Source of the DNA: Catajapyx aquilonaris
Lineage: Eukaryota
Direction of reading: 5' to 3'
Length of the DNA: 57,082 nt
Assembly (NCBI GenBank): GCA_000934665.2
Contig: JYFJ02002430.1
Coordinates: forward strand, 1-57,082
Shown: piece by piece, positions 39,367 through 53,225 of the stretch
Numbering within the stretch: the stretch's first letter is position 1
Layout: every line of letters begins with the position of its first letter
Translations under genes and position numbers: made by a program
Notes under the pieces: generated by a model
What the model saw: only the letters and a program-made list of their open reading frames with translations
Database searches by the model: none
Told to the model about the DNA's origin: nothing

Positions 39367-41549
39367 GAACAGCAGCAGGACTATTATTTGAACATTATTG
39401 AGTTAGATTCTGGAATTCCAATGAAATTGTGGTATTAGCTCATATTCTTATTAGACCTAATAAAATCTGGCTATTTAAATTGAGACTCTTATTTTTCACA
39501 ACGTAACTGTTACTTTAATTATGTATAGTTCTTTTATTTTCATAGATTTGTCCACATTTGAGGGTTACACGTAAGCCTTAACCAAGAACAATGTGGCATT
39601 AACGTTGTTGTAACATGGCCAGTAACAAATGACTGAATATTTTTGATAAACAGCACATAGGGCCAGTACCGAGGCCAGTACACTATTGCAACATGCTTCG
39701 CTAATCAGTCAACACTACACACTTTGTAGGGAACAATTTCCCCCCTGTATTTTTGAGCAGTATGCCACAAGACGTGTACAGTGTGTAATACGGTTTGCCA
39801 CTTGCAAGAATACCGATATTAATACTACTGTACGAACTGCAGTCTAATAACTTATACTACTAATGTTTGTGAGACACTTCCTGTATCCCAACAGAAATCA
39901 CAGTTATTTGTCCTGTATAAGCTGGTGAAGCAATAAATTATTATGTGCATCCAAACTATTCACAGCCTACTGCCTAATAATTTCCATTTGCCTTTCTCCA
40001 AACATTTTGACAAACATGATTCATAATATTATGGAATGTCTGAAATCCATACAGAATGAACATTTAATTTTCCCATTTTTCTTGGCTACAATAGCATTTA
40101 AAGTTGTTTAAATGCAGCGCTGAACTTCATGGTTGCATAGTTTCCGGAGATTTTAAACCCTGTATTAGTGGTTCTGTTAGTCATTTTACATAAGGCAATT
40201 ACTGTATTTTCAGGTTATATAGAACGTACATTATTTTCCTTGCTATCAGGATTATTTCTGCATCCTAATTAGCAAGCCAAAGACAAGTGACTTTTACAAA
40301 AACTCGAATTGAATTGAATGTATAGTCATTCATATACAAAACACCGAGATCGAAGGCAGGTAAATGATGGAGTAATAAGGGCGGGAAAAGAGTGCATGAA
40401 CATTTCCGTGGAGCAGTTTCCAACCTGAGGACTACGCTGATAGACACCCTATCGAAGAAAATTATTTTTAAAGGGTGATGTTAAGGAGGTGATTACACTA
40501 AAACATTCCAATTTTCATCTTCATGTTCAGTTCCTCCACAATTTTTTACCCTGAAATATGCAGTCATGGCTTTCATTTTTCATTTTTTTTAGAAAACTCA
40601 CTTTACCCTTTTAAAAATGAAGTTTGAACCTTTCTCTATCGCTTAAAATAATTGAAGCAAAACGTTTACAAGTACAGCACGACACAAACTATTCAGTAAA
40701 TACACGAACTTTGGACCCCCCTGTCCGGAGAAATACGCGAAAATTTGAAATCAATATCCTACGCAAGCTTGAATGAATACAGAAATTATTCCATTCAAGA
40801 TTAAATCCCTCGCAGTTGCACCATACCAGCCTGTTCTACAATACTTCATTAATATACCCCCTTCCATTTTGAATGCCGCTTGTGATATAGGCAAACTTAA
40901 TAATTCTTCCCATTCTCCTCCCCCGGTTCGGTTAGGTAGGCTACACTCTAGACCCAAAAACCCTGCGATATAACAACACAGCGTGTGTTACCTGCAGCAG
41001 CTCATTCCAAAGGCCCGCAGAGGAGCATCTCCGGAGGAATTTGGATCATTATCCTTTACCCCCCACCCCCTATCCCTTTCCTCACTCAACCTACCCCTAT
41101 CCTACCCTTCCCACCCCCACCCGAAAATGACTTTGGTAACTAATTGGATCCCCCGGGGGAACTTTCGTCTTCATCCAGAACCTCGCTGCCAACGAATCCC
41201 TTTTCTCGCCCGATGCCTCATTTTGCATCGCTCGGATGAGCCGAAAATCAGGCAGAAAAGTAGCTGTTGCCATACATCTTTTTAGGTCTGACTCCTTTAC
41301 ACCCTCTTTCCAGCCGAAGGATTTATCACATGGGCGTATCTGACGATAGTAATTTGCTTATGAACGACCAGGGAACACTTTGCAACATCACGGACTTGAA
41401 TCTCTTTGAAAGCGGTCTGTTGGCAACTCTGCAGGAAGGGAAAGAAATCTAATCTGGTTTTAAACGCTTGCAAAATGGGTTTTGGTTAGGAGATGGAGGT
41501 TTATCAAAAAATGTGTTTTCCTCCCCGGCAGGGCTTGAGGTGATTTGCC

Positions 41550-41716
41550 ATGAAGCCTCTATCGCCATGGCTGTTGTGTTTCATGGCGCTGCTTCTGGTG
41601 GCCCCCATGGGTCCTCCTGCTACCCCCTACCGGCTGGACTATGCAGCTTCGGCGTCAGCCAGAGAACGACTCGAAACGGTCAGGAAGATTCTGCAAGAGT
41701 CGCCGTTGATTGATGG
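41550..41716 (+). CDS. DPEP: Membrane dipeptidase (peptidase M19, DPEP-like), first coding exon
   Basis: Translates MKPLSPWLLCFMALLLVAPMGPPATPYRLDYAASASARERLETVRKILQESPLIDG: a signal peptide followed by the M19 N-terminal PLIDG motif. Ends GG|GTAATT (phase 2). An in-frame TGA precedes the ATG, and an acceptor (TGTTTTCCTCCCCGGCAG) ends at 41531. Confidence 0.9.
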
Positions 41717-43230
41717 GTAATTATGGTTTTGGAATCATGCCATGCATGCGGTAGTAACCTGATGGAAGTGAGGGCCAACTAATGCTTGTTTGGGAGACCT
41801 GAGCCAAATATCAGCAGATTTTTCGTAGGATAAAAATTTTATGCTATCCTACATCCCTCTAATAGTCCTAATAAACTCCATCTCCATACAAAAGATAGGA
41901 TATCCACAGCATATCCTTTTCTTTACTGCAATAAGATATTCGTCATAAATACTGTATAATGTGTGAAGAGGCCTTACCGAGAAGTGAAATGTATTTAAAA
42001 GGTAATGAGGTAAACCCTCCCACCTACTACATTATCGTAAATTGCAACTGTTTCACAGAAAAATTTTAATGTACTACTTAGAACATTAATTGATGTTGAA
42101 ATTTACAGCCCACAATTTCCTGCTTCTTAATATGCAATTTTTCAATAGCCTTTATTGCAATATTGCGTCCAGTCTTGCGAATTACAGTTACAGTCTTTTG
42201 CATTAAGTCCTAACCATTGATCCTAACTAACATTGTGTATTATGACGAGTGTGGAGGGATTTAACTGTAACCAAACTGTGATAAAATAATAAGTAAAATA
42301 ATAATGTAGTAAAAATTCGATTGTTATGATTAGTGAAGTTCGAATGTGATTATGTTAGACATATTTGATTGCATTCCATCCTTCAATGCGCTTTGTAGCC
42401 TATACAAAATTTAACTCTTTGCAAAATGAATTGTAGTAAATGATTAAATTTTGCCGCCCCATGAGTAAGCACAAGAGTTTGTAATGCTTTGCCCAATTGG
42501 AACTCGACTTCGGCCTACGAATCCCATAGCACAGTCATCAAGCGAGCTTCAAACCGTGATAATTATTCAGTAGGCATATATTGTTATGTTTCATTCCGAC
42601 TAACTCAATATCAGAACCGGAAATCCCTCCCTCCAAAAATGCCGGCGGCAAGAAACGAACAAAAATGAGGAACGCCTCGACCGCGTAATTAAATTTCTGT
42701 CATTTTCTGAGACACTCCCGAAACTTTGTTAGGAAACATGGCATCAAAGAGGACATTTAAGTCAGAGCGTCAGCTTCTGAGGAATTCCCAACATCCCAGC
42801 AAGACGACAAACAGAAGATTGCCTCGTAAATGTCTAACAGTTAGTCGAAGCCAACTGAAAGAATGCACTCGGCGGCTTTTAAGTAGCAGTCAGCGTGTCG
42901 CCATGTAAGGCATTAGGCATCCTAAAGCTAAGTCATTGCTAATCACGGACTAAATGTCATTACTGCGTCTCCAGAACCGGTCTGTAAAGTTGGTGTGACC
43001 ACATTAGAATTTCGAGATTTCAGATACGGCCCAATTTGCGCCGAAACAATTGTTTGGTGCTGCATTGTTAACTGGGTTAAAACAATTACTAAATTGGCCA
43101 GGAAAACTTTCAGGGTACCCAGTACTGGTACGAATATGTAGAAAAGCCATGTGAGGTTTTTTGACACGTATCTAACTAAGTGAACCAATTCGCAAATGAT
43201 CATTTTTTTCCCCTCCGACAACCAGAACTT

Positions 43231-43232
<2 letters not shown>

Positions 43233-43286
<54 letters not shown>
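43233..43286. repeat. (ATT)n microsatellite
   Basis: Uninterrupted ATT run. Confidence 0.97.
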
Positions 43287-43288
<2 letters not shown>

Positions 43289-44861
43289 TAATGATGTAAG
43301 ATTTAGAAGTGAAGCTAATTTTACCTGTTTTGTTATTGCAAAAATTCGAAATATTGTAATTATCTCATTTTACAATCAAAGCGTTGGAGTAGGAATAAAA
43401 TAGTTTGGACCGGCACAATAATACGTATTATTAGTTCTTTTTAATGACACATTAGTGCAATGCATTAGTGTCTCAAAATATCAGTCATAATCTATGATTG
43501 CTTGACAAATAAAAATAAAAATAATCTAACGTTCCTATTTGAGCTTACTGCCATGCTTTTTAAGTGGAAAAACTCGCAAAATTGAAAGTTTCAAAAGTTG
43601 ATTATCACAATACCAGAATAGATAGGACAAACTTGGGTTTCACTTTTTCATCTGACATTATTACGAACAATATTTCCACCGGAACTTGTAGCGGTCAGAG
43701 GAAAAAGCCATCCTGTGGGAGGTGTCCTGTGATCTGGAGAAAACCGCTGATTAGAGAGTCATCGTGGGTGGGAAATAGTTTGGATATTATTTTATAGACA
43801 TTTCTTAACTCTTTAGAATTTATTACATGTGATAGGCATGGTGATAGGAGATGAGATTCTGCTTTTGGTATTTAAAAATATATACGTATATCAGTGAATA
43901 TTAAGATTCCGTTACTGACATTGAAAAGTTGACTTCTTTGTAAATTTATATAAATAAATTCATATGATTCCTCACATCGTTGTAAATCCCGTGATACCTT
44001 GGCAAGTGCAAGTAGTTGCAGAGATATTAACAAATATGAAACGTTATATGTCACTCCGACTTCCTCTTTTGACCTTGGCGTTTCCCTTGACCTGACCCTA
44101 TATAGCAAGCATCAGATTCTACTGTTGCACCACTCTTTTTGGAGTAACCAGCCATGCCAATTATTGTCAGTGGTGCTAAAATATGTCGGGTGACATCTTT
44201 CAATGATATGTCGTGGGATGCCCGACCACTGAAGAGCAATAACGAAATTTCAAGGGAAATTTGAATGTTCTGAAAGCACTGGGGCATAAAAGCAGCAAAA
44301 TTCTCAACTGTCACGGTTGCCGTAAAGTTGACATGTCCAATTATTTAGTCATTGTTGTAAACCGGTTATATAGGCCTAGTTATCTTTAAATATCTCAACT
44401 TAAATATCTCTCCTCTGAGTAGTGAAAATTAAAATTGAAAGTTGAGAAATTGTAATTTTAAAAAAAGGGTTTCAAAAAATAAGGCACTACGAATCTGCCA
44501 AAATTTAAGTTTTTAAATTTATGACAATGGAAGGTGATTAGTCAGTATTTTGTGGTACGTATTGTTCATTAACAATAAGTATAATCAAATTAAATGGTAT
44601 GCATTATTACCAATTTTAATGTCTCATTTGAGGTGTTGGCAAATTTTGCAATCAGCATTAAGCATTGATTTCATTAAATATCAGTTTTCGTGAACAAGAT
44701 TCTACTCAAAAAATGATCATGATCTGCTTCTGTCATAAAAATTAAAATTCTGTCAAGCTCCTCACAAGTTCTGAGGCCGTTTTGAACGCGAATAAAATTG
44801 CACATTCTCAATTCTTATTATATATGGGCCACATTTTCACTATTCAAACAAAATACACATA

Positions 44862-44953
44862 CAGGGTGTTCAAAGTATTTGGATCACTTTTTGATAACTG
44901 ATATCGCCCGATAGCAGTTATCAAGAAGTGGCCCAAATACTTGGAACACCCTG
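44862..44953. mobile_element. Tc1/mariner-type MITE
   Basis: TA|CAGGGTGTTCAAAGTATTTGG...CCAAATACTTGGAACACCCTG|TA: long imperfect TIRs with a TA target duplication. Confidence 0.85.
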
Positions 44954-45094
44954 TATGGCTGTATTGATAGTAAAGACTGAGTTTAACTTATCATCTCATA
45001 TGATTTGGAAAAATTTCAACTCAAAATTAGAGTAGTACGGTACACCGCAAAATGAATCGGTTTTGAAGAAAATAAGCCTATAATTATGTTCATT

Positions 45095-45430
45095 ACTTTT
45101 ACTTACTTTTATGAATTGTGGGTAGTGCTTTGACCACTAGGGTAGAGCACGGACCTTTATTTTAGCCATTAGTACGTACAGTGGAACCTTTCGCGAAACG
45201 CCCGGGCCCAAGGACAGGGTGACAGGAGGGGGATGTGCAATGTGCAGTGCAAAGTTTCTAATATGGTATATAGTTTGTGAACTCCTCCGGGTGGATTGTC
45301 CAGCGGAAATTCCACCCGAGACAAAGTCAGAGACGACTCTTAACTCTACACGAGATGAAGGGGGGAACTCCGGGCTGGGATCGAACCCGGGACCATGGGC
45401 GCATACGTTATCGCAGCGCCACTCCGTCTC
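45095..45430 (-). mobile_element. tRNA-derived SINE, family C
   Basis: Minus-strand B box GGGTTCGATCCC. 18-bp TSD CCTATAATTATGTTCATT at 45077-45094 and 45431-45448. (AAGT)-like tail. Confidence 0.85.
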
Positions 45431-45514
45431 CCTATAATTATGTTCATTCCTTTTGATTATTTATTATTAAATAATTAATTACTCTTTTTGAACATGACAA
45501 TTATTTTACGACAA

Positions 45515-45650
45515 AAAGGAAGGAAGCAGACGTGGCCATGCTGCCGAGGATGGTATATCTTCCAGGAATTGCCCAGGAAGTGACTGGGATGAAACATACG
45601 GGATTCCCCCAATGGGAGGGCCGACCCCGGGGTCAGGGACTTCCCAATTA
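45515..45650 (-). mobile_element. Degenerate family A SINE fragment
   Basis: AAGGAAGGAAGCAGACGTGGCC...GGAATTGCCCAGGAAG...GGACTTCCCAATTA resembles the family A body; no TSD found. Confidence 0.5.
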
Positions 45651-46224
45651 ATTTCAGTTTGATTAAAATATTAAATTTTTGAGCTTCATTGTTGGAGATA
45701 ATAATAAAACCACCTACTCAAGAAGCCATTACTTATAGACACGGAGAGACATACCCATTTGCGGCAACAGTTCAACGCGGAAACATTTGCTATTTTTCAC
45801 GATTGCTTCTAGACTCTAGACGAAAGTATACAAGGCAGAGTCTAAATATACCATTTAAGGGTCGGTAATCCGTAACTATTTTCATTTAGATTTTTATGGT
45901 ATTGGTATTATGATAAGGTATTTTCTGAGTTACACTGTTCATTAAAACTTATATTCGATGAACTTGATGATTGAGCAATGCTTTTTGCCGCATATGGTAG
46001 CCCTTCGAGATGAACATTTAAAGGGGATAATATAATAACTCATCCAGTTTATTAAATATCAGCTTTAGTGAAAAATATAACACTCTAAAATGGGAAATCA
46101 TCTACCAATGCCATAAAATATTGAAAGTACAGTATAAATGTTTCAGGTCCTGGAGCCTTCAGTGGCCACTTGAAACTTGCTAAATTGAAAATTAGCAGCA
46201 TTTTTATCTCAATATCTCAGCTCT

Positions 46225-46570
46225 GGGGAGGTGCGGTGGCCGAGATGGTAACGGCTTGCTGAGTGAAAGGTCCCAGGTTCGATCGCCGTCTGGGAGTTCC
46301 CTTTAGCCTGCGTCAGGAGGGCTTCTGACCCGCACCTTGGAGGTGTCTGGCAACCTAACGTCCTGGGGGACTGCACATGGCCCGACATAATGACATTATA
46401 CCTGCACCAGCCTGTGTCCCCTCCCCAAAAATCCCTATCCTCACCCAATGTCCTTGATTCCCTGCACATGAGTGAAGATAAACCTATAGTAAATCGGAAT
46501 AAATGGTGGTGTACCACCCCCATACAGAACAAGTAAGAGTCATCACGGGGTACAACAAATAAAATTTAAA
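46225..46570 (+). mobile_element. tRNA-derived SINE, family D
   Basis: A box TGGCCGAGATGG and B box GGTTCGATCG. TSD AATATCTCAGCTCT at 46211-46224 and 46571-46584. 3' end CCCCCATA...ATCACGGGGTA plus an A-rich tail. Confidence 0.85.
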
Positions 46571-46580
46571 AATATCTCAG

Positions 46581-46586
<6 letters not shown>

Positions 46587-46642
<56 letters not shown>
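46587..46642. repeat. (CT)n microsatellite
   Basis: CT run abutting the right TSD of the family D SINE. Confidence 0.97.
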
Positions 46643-46645
<3 letters not shown>

Positions 46646-46892
46646 CAACTTTTTACATTTCTAGTAAACACTATCAAGTTCCATTAGTACCAAAAAACTT
46701 AAGTCAAAAGAACAAACCAGGTGACCAACAAATATATAAACCTATACGTACAGTACTTGCTATACCATTCTGTCCATTTTCCATAGAGAAACCAATATAT
46801 TTTCAACTATTTAAAATTGTTCCTCCACCTTCTGAATAGATGACTAAAAATGTATTTTCAAGAAAATAAATTTTTCTGTTTTTTATACTTGA

Positions 46893-47048
46893 AGGGACCG
46901 CGGAAATCGATCTGTTATAACCTAGGTCTGTACGTCTGTTATAGCCGAATACACAGGCCATACATTGAAGTATATCGGGACAGCCCTTTCGAGTCTCTTA
47001 TAACCGAAAATATGTTATAGCCGAGGCTGTTATATCCGGATTCAACTG
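46893..47048. mobile_element. Tigger/pogo-like MITE, partial (right end)
   Basis: The reverse complement begins CAGTTGAATCCGGATATAACAGCCTCGGCTATAAC, with repeated GTTATA(A/G)CC subterminal motifs. Confidence 0.5.
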
Positions 47049-48529
47049 CATTCTCGTATGATGAAAATCATTTCTTTTAAAAGCCACACTAGTGCTAGTG
47101 GTTTAAATGTAAGAAGATGATTCTACAAGTATATGCCAGCATTGCTATTTGCACTAATTTCTTTACTTCGAAAGGTGTCAAAAGTTTTTGGCCGTCCACC
47201 CTTTTATTTTATTTTCTACAGTTACAAGTACGGCAATGCCTCGCCAACACAGAATTCCCTGTGAATACCGATCAGTTATCCCATTTTGACAAGAATGGTG
47301 TCTCGCAGAAGACAGACGTGGAACAGATTCCAGAGCGATGTGCTCCCACGCTTCGAAATCAAACAGAAAAAAAAGGTCGCCAACTCCTCGTTTGCCATGT
47401 CATTAGCCATACAAAAGAATGCTCTATCCAACTCTTCATTAAACCCTCATTATGGCCAGATCAAAGAACCGGGTAATTAGGCAGCGTGTGCTCCCAAAGT
47501 TGTAAGACCAGTTTTATTACTTACATCATGGTATTATCTCCAAACTCACTTCCAAGTAGGCCTATGCATAAAGAACTTGAGACGCCTTTTTTTGAAAACT
47601 GAATGTATAAGGCACTTTCATGCTACCCATTCCCGACCGCATTATATTCTTTGAGAACAAATTCCCATCAACCACATGCATTTTTACTTTGTCACTTCGG
47701 CTCAAAAACAAACGTCGAGTAAACTCTCCGCCACGGTACTTTCCTTGTCAATTCGAGAACTGTTATTGGCAGTGAAACCTGACGTGGAACGATTTACGGT
47801 CATAGTGACTTTGACAAGCCTACTTTGGCTCAACTTTTGAAAAGGGCGATTTTCTTTTCCCACCCCACTCCCACCCTATCGTCCAGGGGCATTCTTTTAA
47901 AGTCTGAACGCGCAAAAAGAAAACTGGGTGGGTGAGGAGAGGAGGAGAAAAGAAAATCAAATCTGGTGCAGTATACAGTGTATTTTTCATTCCTAACATT
48001 CGTTATGGCAGAAATATTGACGAACGGAAAAGGGTGAAAACAAGACAAAAGTATTGCTAAACCGGTCCGCAGGTGCCTCAATACTCCGCTATGCCAACTC
48101 TTCCTATTATTATAATTTACAGTATAGCGCTACATGGAATCCCCTAAATTGTTCCTTTTGGCAGTGGCGCAGTACGGTTTGATTTATTGGGGCAGGCAGC
48201 GCGAGGACCTCATCCTTCAACGGTGCCTCCCAAATTGTACTTCCCAGAAATTCCATTCTTTGAATCATCTTCCCACAGAATTGTACTCTGCAGAAAAATT
48301 TTGTTCTCTGATACATTTCCCTATGATACGTCTCATTTCCGCAGTTATTCTTCCGCTATCTCAAATTTGTGCTTTGTCAGCTTTTCCACTGCATCTATCC
48401 TGTACTCTACGTGGTGGCGCCACATTCGAAGTGGGCATCCTTTGTCATTATAGGACTACAGGGACTACAGGGCTTATACTAGCAGATAAATATTAATTTG
48501 TTTACTATTTGTCTAGGAGAGAAGAAACT

Positions 48530-48670
48530 GGCAATTCGGTAATGTATAAGCCTACGGTTGGAAAAGTCCTGGGTTCGAACCCAAGCCCGGGTCTACTCCT
48601 CTTATCTTGCAGAGTTAGGTTGTCTCCGATTCTTTGTGGAGTCTAGCAGGAATCGCCGCTTTACACGTGG
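48530..48670 (+). mobile_element. Diverged 5' fragment of a family C SINE
   Basis: GTCCTGGGTTCGAACCCAAGCCCGG...AGAGTTAGG...GTCTC...GGAAT...CCGCT aligns by eye with the reverse complement of 45300-45395. Confidence 0.55.
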
Positions 48671-49341
48671 CGCTTTGTGTCATAAATTCTGGCAACATTA
48701 TTTATGTAAAATATCTCGTCTGATTGCTATTGACTAACTTCATAGAAGTTTAATATTCTTCTGTTTATTTTGAGTCTAAACTTTGAGTTTCAAAAACCCA
48801 TCCAAGAATTTTTGTCTTTTTTCTGATTTCTTATGGCATGATTAACTTTCCCAATACATTGATTAATGAATGGAAGACAAGTTCATATAAGAATGATTGA
48901 ATTTCAGACGCCTTTTCATCTAAAGTCCCCCTTTTTTATGACAAAAGGCACCGCTTTAGGGGGGGTTCGTATTACCAGCTGAAATTAAGTATCGGGTTTG
49001 AACGGCACATGAATGGGAGAATTTTCGGACAAAAGGGATTGCTCCAATAAGTCCTTTTTGAATCCATTCCAGCGGGAGAGAAGACTAATTATACTTTTCA
49101 AAGAACGCTTAATCATGGTGTTCTTATTAAGAATAAAGAAGGGAAGGGTTTCTATGCCTATTCTTGTTACATGCCCTTTTACTGGAATTGTTTCCCTGTC
49201 TCCTGGATGCAAATGTGATGTAAAATACGTTTCAAACTGATATCAAACATTTGCCTTTTTTCGACCAACTTTATGTCTAAGATATGTTACCGCATAATCC
49301 TATTTTAGCGAGAAGTGTAAACGGGACCAATAATGAATGAG

Positions 49342-49398
<57 letters not shown>
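49342..49398. repeat. (ATT)n microsatellite
   Basis: Uninterrupted ATT run. Confidence 0.97.
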
Positions 49399-51924
49399 GA
49401 CATACCATTTATTGATGTGACGCACTTTCCACGTCATGTACTCATACTGTACAGTACACCACACTGCTGTCTATATTCGTGTACAGTAAAACCAACTGCA
49501 TAAAAACCCTTCCGGGAGAAAGTTTATGGTTTATAATGTGGCAAAGCTGATTAATTAATAAAAACTAATTACAATTTTGGCCACTCATATCACCCGCGTA
49601 CTCTGCAAATTGGACAAATGGACGCGTTATAGGCCAATCGCATTATTTTCAAAGCTGAGGGTTTTTTCATCACGTTATAGAAATATCACAGTGAACCTTT
49701 TAGAAACTATTGCAAAAATTAATGTCCCGAAAAATTCTAATTTAACCCATTACTCTCATCATGACACTCTCTCTGTATTTAACTCATATGAACCTATATA
49801 CTAATTCCAGTTGTGCATTTCCACAAGTTTTCATATACGTGTACAATATTTTGTGTATACTAGTCCACTTGCATTCATGAATCCTCAGCAACAAAAGGCT
49901 GCCTACGTACTTTTCCCAGCATCTACCCTCCATTATCACATTATTTTCCTGGAAGCGAGCATGTCCAGGAAAGTGATTACCTGAAGCAACACTTGTCCCC
50001 ACACTTGTCCGCTACTAAGCGAAGCAAATAATTATAATCCCATAACTGTTCCCCACCACTCCAGTCCAGACTTATCTTCTAGAACCGGTGACTACACTAA
50101 AAAAAATAATTCAAAAGTGAAAAAATAGGCGTGAAGACCTTTCCCAAAACGCAAGCTTCATTACCAACAGATTTATGCGACTCTCAGCTTAAAGTATTTT
50201 AAAATGTAATCTCCGAGGTGCGAGCCTGTGGAAGGTTAGAGATGCATGGCACCTCGGGGAGAATGGGAGACAAGTCCACACGTTACCACGCCACCGGCAG
50301 ACGATGGCCACCGAAGGAGTGGAAGCGCCACTTGATATCACTTGGGGAAGCTGGCAGCATTATATTTGGTCTACAAGGCGGGGACCACTTGCAGGCATTC
50401 CGGGCGATAAAAGCGAGGGGACTAACGATGCGCGCGATTTATGTCATCGTTAGGTAAAAAGCCGCTGGGGTGCTAATTTTTGTTAGTGGTCGCGCTTTTG
50501 CTGGGGAAAATGCGAGTGCGGAAAGAATTTTGCAGGCGGTGGCCATATTATGAGTGTTCCGTATAGGGTTAGGTAAAGTTTGGAGCGGAGCAGGGATATT
50601 GTGGTGCTACTAATGGAAGGTGGTGATTGCAGGTAGTTGAGCAAAAAAAAAAAAAAACTGTATTAAAAATTTGCAGGTTGTACTGGAGATTCCGAGACCA
50701 TGAGTCGTGATTGGTATCATTAGGTGTGACATTGCGGTAGAGTAGCGTATTACTATCGACATGTACGGGGAATAGGAGTGAACTATTGATCTTTTTCGCG
50801 ACCAGAGGTTCGGACCTTTTTGCTTGGTATAGTTCGTTATTTTTGTCTCTTAGGCTGCATGGAATTTATGGTAAATTTGCATAATAGTTACTGTGCATGA
50901 GGTGAGGGTAGTTTTCAGACATGGCTCGACGATTAAGCTGGAGAGCGAAATTCCACCAAGAAACAACATGTGTAGAGGCATATGAGATAATTGGAAGCTC
51001 GTTAGTGCCTCGATATAAACACGTATACAGCTCATTATACGTACAATGTTTGGAAGGACAATGCAATACAGTTTGTAATCTATTCATATTAATGACATAG
51101 GCCTACTGTAGGCTTAATAAATGAGTTGGAAAACTCACTATGTGGAGAGTCCGGATTTACAGTATTATCCTGCGAATATTGTGTCCACACATAGCTCTGC
51201 AGTTCATAGAGAAGCTGTATTAGTACCGAATAGTTGAGCCAATGTATTCGCCGACAGCTATTTACAAAGTGATTTGGAGCTACTTTTGCCAACATTGCAA
51301 TTCACCTTGATAACACACACTGCACGGATTATTATGGCACTGCATTAAAACGACAGGTGGCGCAGATGGATGTGCTCTACCTGTCGCTCAATCAACAAAA
51401 TATGGGTTCACTTTCACCCTCCAATATTTGCGACCTCATACCCCCAAAGTCCCTGAGCTGATTTGTTTTCCCCACCGATCGAAATAAAAATTGACAACAT
51501 ATCCGTCATATTGACCAGAACTTCAATATTCAACGTAGATTTGGGTTACGGATGTTCCGTTTTCATTTCTAGCTTCCGATCTTCCCCTCTAGGGAACAAC
51601 AACTCAGGGCTTGTAGAAAACAAGAGAAATGACTTTTGAACTATGGCCACATGTGACGCCGGACTGCAGTCTAATGGCCGCTATAGATAGGAGAAATGGC
51701 ATCAGACCAGAATTTATGATCAGTTTAACTGCGGACTTGTGTTGATTTGTCCGCCTTAGACTATTGCTTTTTGGAATCGTCCGGATCTGCTCCATAATTC
51801 GTCCTGTCTAATGCGATTTTATTTTCACCACTGGCGTTTAATTTTGAAAACTTTCCTAATTTATTAGTTGCCCGGGGAAGCCAGCTCAATTGTCGACTTC
51901 ATAATTTTGTCCTACTTTATGGAC

Positions 51925-51952
51925 ATTATTATTATTATTATTATTATTATTA
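51925..51952. repeat. (ATT)n microsatellite
   Basis: Short ATT run. Confidence 0.9.
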
Positions 51953-53225
51953 CCTGGTCAAGCAATGATGTCGAGTGAATCATCACTTGCACGCCTGTGT
52001 CCTGTTTCCTAGGCAATTATTACGCTTCGCAGAAGATCTGACAGGCTAATTGCACTTGAGGACGACGCACAGACACTTAACCCTGTTGGAACTGGACCTT
52101 TATTACTCTGTGCCATGTAGATCTACCGGTTAGAGTCAGAGTCAACCTGACCACATAATTATATAGGGTAGAGTTAGAAGGAGGGAGTCAGTAACCCGGA
52201 GAAGTATAGGCCTATATAGGCACCTCTGTCTGCTCAGTGTAGTTCTACGTGTACACTTCAATCTTGAGTTTAATTTCAATTATAAATACAAGTGCTAACA
52301 TCTGAGAGCTGCCGACTTTGCAGGACTCGCTGATTTCTGGCGAAATTATTGCTAGGCTGTGGCATTGACGCTAGTTACACACTGAGTGAGACTACATCGC
52401 ATAGATATACAGTATGAAGAGGAAGGCAAGGATAGCAGATTGGCAGTGGTGATCACTGAACTGGCACAATCCATTAGTGCGGCATTATTTTGGGCAATCA
52501 TAAATTGTATAGGAAGCTGAATGGTGCAATGTATTTCATATACATGTAAATACTCATGCTTATAATTATGTAAATAGAAGTCACTACGGTATATTATTTT
52601 GCTGATGAAAAATAATGCAATTATTCATTTGGACCCTTTCAAACTACAATATTCATCTTTCAACTGATTGAAAGACGGGAATTTATTTACATGCATATTT
52701 CGGTTTTTAGAGAATAACAAACTATCAGACCTCGATTTATACGAAATAATTATTTGCCAATTATCTCAACACAATCTGCAATAATCTGACAGCTGATGCT
52801 GTATAATGCGAGTTCAGTACTCAGGTATCACTGTTCTTCGGGTGTATACATTTATCCAGAAAATATTGAAATAAGATGCACATTTCTCGGGAAGTTTCCT
52901 TAAGGTGGAATATTTTCTGAGTGGAAATTCTTAAGTTGCACTGCTTCAGGTCTTGTCAGGATGTTTTGAGTTTAATGGCATGCCAACAAACTCTTAAGAC
53001 TTCATTCTCTCTTAAAGTCTGCATAGCCAGAGGTTCCTTTCTTTTGGAAAATCAAACATTTTGAATTTCGCTGGTTCAGGTTAATCTTAAATTAGTTTGC
53101 ACATTACTCTTTAATTTTTTTGAATTCAATACCTTGCTTAGTAAGGTACTTTTATGTACTGTACAGTATGCACTTTACGACCTATATTTTGCAATATATA
53201 TTGCAAAATATATACACAGTACGTA

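Noticed and set aside
41468..41713. ORF-track 81-aa ORF over the first dipeptidase exon
   Set aside because: Wrong frame; the real coding frame starts at ATG 41550 and reads to PLIDG.
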